This document shows positions 18,269 to 26,084 of a DNA stretch of 26,140 bases, one piece after another. The notes beneath the pieces are model-generated. The model searched no databases and had not been told where the DNA came from. It saw nothing but the letters and a program-made list of their open reading frames with translations. The position numbers were made by a program, and so were the translations under genes. The stretch comes from Candidatus Scalinduaceae bacterium (GTDB lineage Bacteria > Planctomycetota > Brocadiia > Brocadiales > Scalinduaceae), in contig JBHICG010000047.1 of assembly GCA_046759445.1 (NCBI GenBank), forward strand, positions 1 through 26,140, read 5' to 3'. Within the stretch, counting starts at the first letter, position 1. The number at the start of each line of letters is the position of its first letter.

Positions 18269-20716
18269 ATGAAGATTAAGCGAAAAAATTCAACGAAATC
18301 TGGGGATAAAGAGCTCGATAAGTCGCAAATTCCTGTAGGGATTGAATCAGGAACCTTGAAAATTCCTGAAGAACTGCCTGTTTTGGGACTTAAGGATTTG
18401 GTAGTTTTTCCACAAATGGTTTCAGCGATAGGTGTTTCTACAGAAAAGGAACTTAAACTGCTTGATAATGTATTGGCAACTAATAGGATTTTAGCCCTTG
18501 TCGTCCAGAAGGACCAAGAAAAGGAAAAACTAGACTCATCAGACCTTTATGACGTAGGAACGGCTTCTGTAGTACTGCAAATGTTGAGAATGCCAGATAA
18601 TACTGCAAAGATGCTGGTGCAAGGTATAGCAAGGGTACATATTGAAAAGTTTACGGAGACAGAACCCTTCTTTAAGGCAAAGGTAAAGGTATTGGAAGAC
18701 GTACTTGATAAAGAGGATGTTGAGACTGAGGCGTTAGCAACTAATGCAAAGAATCAATTTTCGCGCATGGCATCCATCTCACCTAATTTACCTGAAGAAT
18801 TAAAGATAGTTGTTGTTAATATTTCTGATCCTGGGAGACTTGCGGATTTAATAGCTTCCCATTTGAACATCAATATTCTGGAAAAACAGAAAATACTCGA
18901 GATACTAAATGTTAAGGAAAGGTTACAGAAGATAAATACATCTATAAATAGTGAATTACAAGTGCTTGAGCTTGCAAGTAAGATACAATCACAGGTCAGA
19001 AACGAAATGGAAAAAGGTCAACGAGAGTATTATTTACGCCAGCAGATTAAGGCTATACAAGAAGAGCTTGGTGAAGGGGATGAGCAAGCAGTCGAGGTAA
19101 AAGAGTTGCGAGAAAAGATAAAACAAGCAAAGTTGCCTCAAGAGGCGCAAAAAGAGGCTGAGCGTGAACTATCAAGACTGTCAAAGATGCATCCTTCATC
19201 AGCAGAATACACTGTAGCACGTACATATTTGGATTGGTTAATTGCCCTTCCGTGGGCAATATCTACCAAGGATAACCTTGATATAACAAGCGCCCAGCAA
19301 GTACTGGATGAAGACCATTACAATTTAAAAAAAGTTAAGGAAAGAATCTTAGAATATTTGGCGGTTAGAAAGCTTAAGGAAGATATGAAAGGGCCTATAC
19401 TTTGTTTTGTTGGCCCACCAGGCACTGGCAAGACTTCTCTTGGCAAATCGATTGCTAAAGCAATGGGGAGAAAGTTTGTTAGAATGTCATTAGGTGGAAT
19501 ACGGGATGAAGCAGAAATTCGTGGACATCGACGGACGTATGTGGGCGCTTTACCCGGAAGAATTATACAAGGTCTCCGTAAGGCATCTTCGAACAATCCT
19601 GTTTACATGCTGGATGAAATAGATAAACTGGTAGCAGATTTTCATGGAGACCCTTCATCAGCATTGTTGGAGGTGCTAGATCCAGAACAAAATTTTACTT
19701 TTTCAGACCATTATCTTGACGTGGCTTTTGATCTATCAAAGGTAATGTTTATTACGACTGCAAACATTCTTGATACCATACCACCCGCTTTAAGAGATAG
19801 AATGGAAGTTTTGGATTTGCCCGGTTACACTACGGATGAGAAGCTGGAAATTGCAAAGAAATATTTGATTCCAAAACAATTTGAAGCTCATGGCTTGAAA
19901 GAAGACAATTTAAATATTACAGATGAAGCTATTAAAATAATAATAAGCGATTATACGCGAGAGGCTGGTTTGAGAAATCTCGAACGCGAGATTGGTACTG
20001 TTTGCAGAAAGATTGCAAAGGAAGTTGCTTCAGGTAAGACAGAAAAGGTTGAAGTAAAGGCAGAAGAGATTGACGAATACTTAGGTCCTACCAAGTTCTT
20101 TTCGGAAATAGCGGAAAGAACAATTGAGCCTGGTGTAGCAACCGGGCTTGCATGGACACAATCTGGGGGCGATATATTATTTATTGAATCTACAAAGATG
20201 CCTGGGAGAGGAAAGCTGACATTAACGGGTAAACTTGGAGATATTATGAAAGAATCTGCTCAGGCCGCTATGAGTTATGTCCGTTCAAAGGCAAAGGTAC
20301 TAAACATTTTAATAGGGGATTTTTCAAAATATGACTATCATATTCACGTACCTGCGGGAGCTATTCCGAAGGATGGTCCTTCTGCAGGTGTTACTATTGC
20401 TATATCTCTACTATCATTATTCAAAGGAGAATCTACAAATTCTCATGTAGCAATGACTGGTGAAATAACCTTAAGAGGCAGAGTATTGCCTGTTGGGGGT
20501 ATTAAGGAAAAGATATTAGCGGCAAAAAGAGCGGGTATTACCACTGTCATCTTGCCGAAGAGAAATGAAAAAGATTTAGTGGAAGTTCCAGAAAAAGCTA
20601 AAGAAAAGATGTCATTCAGATTTGTGGAAAAGGTGGACGAAATGTTACCCATTGTGTTTGAGGCTAAAACACAAATAAAAGAACCTAAGGAAGAAGAGTT
20701 GTCAACGGTACATTAA
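18269..20716 (+). CDS. lon: ATP-dependent protease La
   Basis: LON N-domain, Walker A GPPGTGKTS, LDEIDK, catalytic PKDGPSAG and GGIKEK. Confidence 0.98.
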   Translation: MKIKRKNSTKSGDKELDKSQIPVGIESGTLKIPEELPVLGLKDLVVFPQMVSAIGVSTEKELKLLDNVLATNRILALVVQKDQEKEKLDSSDLYDVGTASVVLQMLRMPDNTAKMLVQGIARVHIEKFTETEPFFKAKVKVLEDVLDKEDVETEALATNAKNQFSRMASISPNLPEELKIVVVNISDPGRLADLIASHLNINILEKQKILEILNVKERLQKINTSINSELQVLELASKIQSQVRNEMEKGQREYYLRQQIKAIQEELGEGDEQAVEVKELREKIKQAKLPQEAQKEAERELSRLSKMHPSSAEYTVARTYLDWLIALPWAISTKDNLDITSAQQVLDEDHYNLKKVKERILEYLAVRKLKEDMKGPILCFVGPPGTGKTSLGKSIAKAMGRKFVRMSLGGIRDEAEIRGHRRTYVGALPGRIIQGLRKASSNNPVYMLDEIDKLVADFHGDPSSALLEVLDPEQNFTFSDHYLDVAFDLSKVMFITTANILDTIPPALRDRMEVLDLPGYTTDEKLEIAKKYLIPKQFEAHGLKEDNLNITDEAIKIIISDYTREAGLRNLEREIGTVCRKIAKEVASGKTEKVEVKAEEIDEYLGPTKFFSEIAERTIEPGVATGLAWTQSGGDILFIESTKMPGRGKLTLTGKLGDIMKESAQAAMSYVRSKAKVLNILIGDFSKYDYHIHVPAGAIPKDGPSAGVTIAISLLSLFKGESTNSHVAMTGEITLRGRVLPVGGIKEKILAAKRAGITTVILPKRNEKDLVEVPEKAKEKMSFRFVEKVDEMLPIVFEAKTQIKEPKEEELSTVH

Positions 20717-20739
20717 CGGAGGTAAAGGGACAGCTGTTC

Positions 20740-22080
20740 CTAACAACTACATACTCTGCCATATAATGTTAAATCTGTTGAATCTTCAATATACACGTTT
20801 ACAAACTTGCCAAATATTAAAGAAGGTTCGCCTGCTTGACTCTCTCCTTTTGGCAAGCTGAATACGACAATCTGGTTTTGTCTTGTCCTGCCTGTTAATT
20901 TGTTTTCGTCAGTTTTACTTGTTCCTTCTACCAAGACCTGAACTGATTTTCCAATCATATCTTGATTACGTTCTGCACTTATATCACTTTGCAAATCTAA
21001 CAATATTTGATTTCTCTTTTTTTTAGTTTTCTCCGGCACATTATCTTTTAATTCCGCAGCCGCAGTTCCAGTTCGTGACGAGTATTTAAATATAAAGCAA
21101 TTTTGATAACGCATATCCCTCATCAGGCTCACTGTATCTTCAAAATCCTCTTCTGTTTCACCGGGAAAGCCCACAATAAAGTCACTTGCAATCGTAATAT
21201 CAGGCACTAAAGACTTCGCCATATCAACAATTCCTCTATAGTGTGCGGATGTATATTGCCGTCTCATTTTTTCCAATATTTTGTCTGAACCAGACTGTGC
21301 CGGCATGTGTAAATTCTCACAAACCTTGGGCAATTCACCAACGGCTTCTAATATATCTCTGGTCATATCCTTTGGATGTGAGGTGACAAACCGTATCCTC
21401 TCTATACCTCCTATCGAATCCAACTTTCCAAGCAGGGTAGCCAAAGTCGTATCCCCGCCTAATCCCTTTCCATAAGAATTTACATTCTGTCCTAGTAGCA
21501 TGACTTCTTTACAGCCATCATCTGCAAGGCCTTTAACTTCGTTTATTACGTCTTCAACAGGCCTGCTGAACTCGCGCCCTCTTACATACGGCACAATGCA
21601 ATAAGAACAGTAATTATCACAACCCCTCATGATGGATACAAAAGCATTGTATTTATTTTGTCTTTGAATAACCAGCCGATCAAAACTTACTTCACCATCT
21701 TCATCAATAGCCAGGATGCGTTTATTGGTTCCATTGATTTTTTCGATTAATTCAGGAAGTTTCGAAAACATCCTTGTACCGCAAATAAGGTTAACGTGAG
21801 GCATTCGTTTAAATATATTTTCTCCCTCATTTTGTGCCATACAGCCCAGTACGCCAAGGATTAATTCCGGATTCTTTTTTTTCGGGTCTCTTAAACTGCC
21901 GAGTTGCGAATATACCTTGTGTTCAGCCTTTTCTCGTACACTGCAAGTATTCAAGAGGATAATGTCTGCATCCTTTACATCTTCAGTAAATACATATCCC
22001 TCTTTCACAAGAGAGCCTATTGACAATTCTGAATCCAGCTTATTCATCTGGCATCCGTAAGTTTTCAAAAAAATTTTCAT
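20740..22080 (-). CDS. miaB: tRNA-2-methylthio-N6-dimethylallyladenosine synthase
   Basis: TYGCQMN, NTCSVREKAE, GCMAQ, GCDNYCSYCIVPYVRGRE, TRAM domain; ATG at 22080 (TTG 22086 alternative). Confidence 0.96.
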   Translation of the reverse strand: MKIFLKTYGCQMNKLDSELSIGSLVKEGYVFTEDVKDADIILLNTCSVREKAEHKVYSQLGSLRDPKKKNPELILGVLGCMAQNEGENIFKRMPHVNLICGTRMFSKLPELIEKINGTNKRILAIDEDGEVSFDRLVIQRQNKYNAFVSIMRGCDNYCSYCIVPYVRGREFSRPVEDVINEVKGLADDGCKEVMLLGQNVNSYGKGLGGDTTLATLLGKLDSIGGIERIRFVTSHPKDMTRDILEAVGELPKVCENLHMPAQSGSDKILEKMRRQYTSAHYRGIVDMAKSLVPDITIASDFIVGFPGETEEDFEDTVSLMRDMRYQNCFIFKYSSRTGTAAAELKDNVPEKTKKKRNQILLDLQSDISAERNQDMIGKSVQVLVEGTSKTDENKLTGRTRQNQIVVFSLPKGESQAGEPSLIFGKFVNVYIEDSTDLTLYGRVCSC

Positions 22081-22086
22081 AACCAA

Positions 22087-22222
22087 AAGTCTCCGAATTT
22101 TTTTGCAAACTTGGGCATGGATGTTCCCCTGTTTAGTTTTGCGATAGCAAAACTAGGGGAACACCCATAGGTTTTTAGAAAAACCTTCATGAAAAGAATT
22201 TCCCTTGTCTTTCTGAAAACTT
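22087..22222. mobile_element. ~135-bp MITE-like palindromic element filling the GIY-YIG/miaB intergenic region
   Basis: Long hairpin 22117-22168 (TGGATGTTCCCC..TAGTTTTGC-GATA-GCAAAACTA-GGGGAACACCCA), second palindrome AGGTTTTT-AG-AAAAACCT 22169-22186, imperfect ends AAGTCTCCGAA / TTCTGAAAACTT. Confidence 0.55.
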
Positions 22223-22505
22223 AAGCATGATGGTTTTCTTTTTCATATATCTTTATCAACTCTTCTTTTTTTTCACGTGTCAATTTCTTAATATTCCTTT
22301 CGGCATATAAGACATTTTTATAGTATCTATATTTCTTTGCATAAACCAGTTTTACTGGTAACCTCGCTCTTAGATATTTTGCTCCATTTCCTTTATTGTG
22401 TAATTTAATCCTTTCTTCTAAGTTCTTAGTGCTACCTGTATAATACGTTCCATCAATGCACTGAACAATATAAACATGGAATATACCTTTACGTTTAAAT
22501 TTCAT
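22221..22505 (-). CDS. GIY-YIG nuclease family protein (YhbQ/UPF0213-like), intact copy
   Basis: HVYIVQC.DGTYYTGST.NLEERIKLHN.G.GAKYLRAR.PVKLVY...AERNIKKLTR.KK. Confidence 0.92.
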   Translation of the reverse strand: MKFKRKGIFHVYIVQCIDGTYYTGSTKNLEERIKLHNKGNGAKYLRARLPVKLVYAKKYRYYKNVLYAERNIKKLTREKKEELIKIYEKENHHA

Positions 22506-22689
22506 GCGTTACAAAAATTATTTTATTTTTTGAATATTGCCCCGGTGGAATTTTACAGTGTAAAATTCCCGGGATTTAGTCCCGGAAATCTTTCAGATTC
22601 CACGGAAGCAGCGGGAATTCCAACAGGTTTTACTTGTAAGATTATATGTATATTAAAAATGGTATGATATAATGTCAATAGTTATAATT
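22257..22689. repeat. Direct repeat copy 1 (433 bp)
   Basis: Near-identical to 23670-24102 by direct reading. Confidence 0.95.
22650..22678 (-). promoter_or_regulatory. Sigma70-type promoter TTGACA-N17-TAATAT (copy 1)
   Basis: Consensus -35 at 22673-22678, -10 at 22650-22655. Confidence 0.7.
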
Positions 22690-22808
22690 GCTTATTTTGG
22701 AGGTGTTAAGGGTGAATGTGAAACATAATTTAATTATTGAACCATCATTTGTATTTATATATAATTTGGGTTTACAATCTCAATTCTTTTGATACACATT
22801 TCTAGAGA

Positions 22809-22911
22809 TTTGAGTTCTCCGTCTATAATTCTTATCGTTCAGTCCTGCATCACGGCTGCACCGAAGTTCAACCAGCAACCAGGCTTACACCACTGTCAGT
22901 CTAAGACAGGT
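22809..22911 (-). pseudogene. 3' remnant of a GxxExxY (PD-(D/E)XK-like) gene
   Basis: Manual translation TCLRLT/[+1]WCKPGCWLNFGAAVMQD*TIRIIDGELK resembles the family C-terminus (T)YLRLTGxKLGYLLNFGxxxMKDGIxRI; one frameshift and one stop. Confidence 0.6.
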
Positions 22912-23081
22912 TATATTTCGCATGCTCTCAATTTTTCTCTTAATTCCTTTTCCCGGTCACTTAAAACCATGTTGGTGAACTCATTGATTTCCTCCAGCCA
23001 TTTTAATTTTTCCTCTGTGGATAATTCCATATATTCGATTATTTTCTCGTCTTCAAGAGCATAGATAAATCCTTTATCCAT
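22911..23081 (-). CDS. 56-aa acidic helical protein, partner of the nucleotidyltransferase
   Basis: MDKGFIYALEDEKIIEYMELSTEEKLKWLEEINEFTNMVLSDREKELREKLRACEI*; starts 1 nt after the upstream stop, with GGAG upstream; below the ORF-track cut-off. Confidence 0.8.
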   Translation of the reverse strand: MDKGFIYALEDEKIIEYMELSTEEKLKWLEEINEFTNMVLSDREKELREKLRACEI

Positions 23082-23082
23082 T

Positions 23083-23577
23083 CTATTTCTCCAGATATTT
23101 TCTTACTTTATTCAGCATTTCAATATCACTTAAATCCTGAGTTCTTCCGCTAAATTCCTTCATTTTTATTACATCATCTATTGATGCCAGATAAATATCT
23201 ATATCCTTCGCTTTTTTCACGGTTCTGTTTTTAAACGATATTTCAAAATCCAATGGATGAACAAGCACAATATCAATGACCTTATAGTTGTCTTTTTTAT
23301 GATAAAAACTGAATGCCTTAAGGTTTTTGTTTTCTATCCAATCCTTTACTTTATCAGGATTTGCGAGGTCATCAGGGCTTACTGGCAAGCGCGGGACATA
23401 ACCTGATTCTTTCAATAGGGATGTTAACTTGAGAACATTTTCTTTATCCATAGCAATAACAATGTCAATATCCTGAGTTACCCGTGGGATACCATAGAGA
23501 TTGACAGACAACCCACCCGCGATGAGATATCTAACATTGCTCTTATACAATCCTTCCAATATCTCAAAATAATACAT
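23083..23577 (-). CDS. Pol-beta-superfamily nucleotidyltransferase (DUF6036-like)
   Basis: YLIAGGLSVNLYGIPRVTQDIDIVI (GG...RxTxDxD), third Asp in IDIV, C-terminal MKEFSGRTQDLSDI; ATG at 23577 preferred. Confidence 0.85.
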   Translation of the reverse strand: MYYFEILEGLYKSNVRYLIAGGLSVNLYGIPRVTQDIDIVIAMDKENVLKLTSLLKESGYVPRLPVSPDDLANPDKVKDWIENKNLKAFSFYHKKDNYKVIDIVLVHPLDFEISFKNRTVKKAKDIDIYLASIDDVIKMKEFSGRTQDLSDIEMLNKVRKYLEK

Positions 23578-23609
23578 ATTCAGCCCTTCCACTCATCTTT
23601 AATACCTGT

Positions 23610-23666
23610 GACATCATACCAAATTACTTATTTATTCATAGAATTAAGTATGGTGTTCTCCGAATT
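23610..23666. repeat. Degenerate inverted pair at the repeat breakpoint
   Basis: GACATCATACCAAATT (23610-23625) vs AATTAAGTATGGTGTT (23642-23657), 12/16 inverted match, followed by CTCCGAATT. Confidence 0.5.
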
Positions 23667-23669
23667 CTC

Positions 23670-23917
23670 CAACTCTTCTTTTTTCCCACGTGTCAATTTC
23701 TTAATATTCCTTTCGGCATATAAGACATTTTTATAGTATTATGTTTCTTTGCATAAACCAGTTTTACTGATAACTTTGCTCTTAGATATTTTGCTCCATT
23801 TCCTTTATTGTGTAATTTAATCCTTTCTTCTAAGTTCTTAGTGCTACCTGTATAATACGTTCCATCAATGCACTGAACAATATAAACATGGAATATACCT
23901 TTACGTTTAAATTTCAT
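23670..23917 (-). pseudogene. Frameshifted, 3'-truncated GIY-YIG copy
   Basis: TAGTATCTATATTTC (copy 1) vs TAGTATTATGTTTC (copy 2): a 1-bp loss near 23739 shifts the frame; homology stops at 23670. Confidence 0.85.
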
Positions 23918-24062
23918 GCGTTACAAAAATTATTTTATTTTTTGAATATTGCCCCGGTGGAATTTTACAGTGTAAAATTCCCGGGATTTAGTCCCGGAAA
24001 TCTTTCAGATTCCACGGAAGCAAAAGGAAATTCCAACAGGGTTTACTTGTAAGATTGTATGT

Positions 24063-24091
24063 ATATTAAAAATGGTATGATATAATGTCAA
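24063..24091 (-). promoter_or_regulatory. Sigma70-type promoter TTGACA-N17-TAATAT (copy 2)
   Basis: Same as copy 1; -35 at 24086-24091, -10 at 24063-24068. Confidence 0.7.
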
Positions 24092-24190
24092 TAGTTATAA
24101 TTATTTATTAATAGTGACAATATAAATGAACACAATGGAATGAGAAATTTAAGATACGGCGTTTTGGAATAGAGGATTTGATACAATTAA

Positions 24191-24433
24191 AATGTCAAAA
24201 GCAAGGAAAAGAGAAAAGGTCAGCCTGAAAAAGAGGATGAAAAACCGAGTTTATTTAATGATTATGACCACCTTTTTTGCATAGTGATTGCAGCCATAAT
24301 AAGCATAGGAACCTCTAATTTTTATACTGGCGCATGGGCCTTTGTCGTTTACCTGGCAAGTAGTGTGATGTTGGTTTTAATAATATTCTTGTTTGTGTAC
24401 CAGATGGTACTGGGAAGAAGGAGCTTTAAGTAA
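24191..24433 (+). pseudogene. Possible frameshifted small two-TM membrane protein
   Basis: 80-codon open frame NVKSKEKRKGQPEKEDEKPSLFNDYDHLFCIVIAAIISIG...AWAFVVYLASSVMLVLIIFLFVYQMVLGRRSFK*; the ATG at 24192 is out of frame. Confidence 0.4.
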
Positions 24434-24519
24434 CATTGATGTAAAGGAGCTTATGTTTGCCATGTTAGATAATAAGGAAGATAATAGTACCGATAAATCT
24501 CTTAAAAAATTATTTCTTC

Positions 24520-25113
24520 TTAGTGAAAGGCAGTTATTTCCTTGTAATCCATATTATTGGCATAAGCTATTATATCTTGTTTAGAGACATTTGTTCCCTT
24601 TAAGGTAATTAGGATACGTCCTGCCACAATTATTCTTATTTCACCTTGTTGGTCTGTTGGATTATAAGCGACAATGGCCTTTTGTCCTTTTATTATTTCT
24701 AATTTTCCTCCGCTTGCTGAGGCAATAAGGGGAGTGTTAAATAACGTAATTATACTTTGTAACATAGGAGAATTGGCAATAATTTCAATTGTAACTATGC
24801 TAGAATCTTTATGATAAGTGCGTTTTGACAGAGTGCCACCAATTAACATTGAAGTTCCAACGGCTTGGGAGATGTCATCTTCTGCTGTCCAGCCGTCCAG
24901 AGGTTTTGGCAGAAATGACTGTAATTGTTCCTGCTTTTTTTGACGAATTAGCTGAGAGGCATAGTCAAGATTGTCTGCAGACTCAGTATAATCACCATTT
25001 TTGTATTGCTTTAAGGCGTCCTTAATTATGTTTGTTACCTCATCAGCGTAACCAGAAGTAATATGAGAAGTTGTCAGAACTAAGGTTAGTAATATTACTT
25101 TTAATACATACAT
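24520..25113 (-). CDS. Exported hypothetical protein
   Basis: Signal peptide ending GYA-D, SD AAAGGAG, 197-aa globular composition. Confidence 0.8.
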   Translation of the reverse strand: MYVLKVILLTLVLTTSHITSGYADEVTNIIKDALKQYKNGDYTESADNLDYASQLIRQKKQEQLQSFLPKPLDGWTAEDDISQAVGTSMLIGGTLSKRTYHKDSSIVTIEIIANSPMLQSIITLFNTPLIASASGGKLEIIKGQKAIVAYNPTDQQGEIRIIVAGRILITLKGTNVSKQDIIAYANNMDYKEITAFH

Positions 25114-25395
25114 TTATTACTCCTTTCAATATAGGTCCTAGTATGGCTCATGTTCAATAACAAGTGTGAAAAATAATTAGTTTGTCAAGACTAAATGAAG
25201 CTGTAGAAATGAGTCTAAACTCAAGAATTGGATACGTGCTTCTTTATTATGAAGAATTTACACTATGAGAGTAATATGAGCAAGTCAAAAAGTCATAAAT
25301 TATTGGATCAGGTTATTTATTATAAAACGGGAATTATTTTATCATAAGAATGTCCTTAATAAGCAAGTTGCTGTTATCAGCCATTTTATTAGTTT

Positions 25396-25488
25396 ATGAG
25401 AAAAAACTTCTCATGCTGGGTATGTTGTTGAGTATCAATGACTTATAGGTAATTGTCTCTATGCCAATAATTTGGTATTAAAATTGCG
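25396..25488 (+). promoter_or_regulatory. Sigma54 promoter with IHF site and upstream palindrome
   Basis: ATGAGAA-N5-TTCTCAT (25396-25414); TATCAATGACTTA = WATCAANNNNTTR (25433-25445); TGGTATTAAAATTGCG = GG-N10-GC (25473-25488). Confidence 0.65.
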
Positions 25489-25500
25489 AATTATCATTTC

Positions 25501-25875
25501 GTGGTAGAAACTGAAAAAATTGTTTTAGTCAGATATGAATTTGTCGTAAACCTTTATATGTTTAAGGATACATCTGAATATAAGGTATGTGATGTATTTA
25601 TTACGGATAGTAATTTGAAAAAGAACCCGTTGCAAATTAATGGGATTCACTGGATTCATGTTGAAAATGTGAACGTTGTTGAGACTGAGGAGATAGAGAA
25701 AAATTCTTTAGTTGGAAAAAAGAACAAGGTATGCGGGTTTTTTGATACTGAACCACGTGATTGGAAATACGCTAAACTGGTGGTTCGTGACTGTACAAAG
25801 GATGAATATAGTTTCTCAATAACCGAAGTACCAAAAAGTCCAGTGATGCCTGTGGTTTTTGATGTAAATTTATGA
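25501..25875 (+). CDS. Hypothetical protein
   Basis: 124-codon ORF in AT-rich DNA directly downstream of the sigma54 motif; start uncertain (GTG 25501 or ATG 25558). Confidence 0.6.
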   Translation: MVETEKIVLVRYEFVVNLYMFKDTSEYKVCDVFITDSNLKKNPLQINGIHWIHVENVNVVETEEIEKNSLVGKKNKVCGFFDTEPRDWKYAKLVVRDCTKDEYSFSITEVPKSPVMPVVFDVNL

Positions 25876-26028
25876 TTGGAAGGAGTGCTAAGATTTAATT
25901 GATGTCTATAAAAGTCACAAGTGTAAATACTAACAGGGGTAATGTAAAAAAAAGATAAAAGTTGTTTTCATAAGTCATTAATTGGAGGGAAGTTAAGTTG
26001 AGAAAACCCAAACTTTAAAAATTTTTAC

Positions 26029-26057
26029 TGGACAAAGGGTATTATACACGTTAGTTT
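26029..26057 (+). promoter_or_regulatory. Candidate sigma70 promoter for the riboswitch leader
   Basis: TGGACA-N17-TAGTTT about 30 nt upstream of the aptamer. Confidence 0.4.
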
Positions 26058-26084
26058 AAAACACTTTTTTACAATATAATCACC

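Larger units (their letters stand above)
23670..24102. repeat. Direct repeat copy 2 (433 bp)
   Basis: Near-identical to 22257-22689. Confidence 0.95.

Noticed and set aside
1120..21475. Numerous antisense or alternate-frame ORFs within the FGE gene, valS, cimA, ahbD, amrB, groEL, lon and miaB
   Set aside because: Shadows of well-supported genes with no independent motifs
22476..23064. Plus-strand ORFs 22476-22667 and 22789-23064
   Set aside because: They overlap the hairpin leader/promoter and the better-supported minus-strand 56-aa gene and GxxExxY remnant
22257..24102. Classical composite transposon or CRISPR array
   Set aside because: The repeats encode a GIY-YIG protein rather than a transposase, lack terminal inverted repeats, and show no repeat-spacer periodicity
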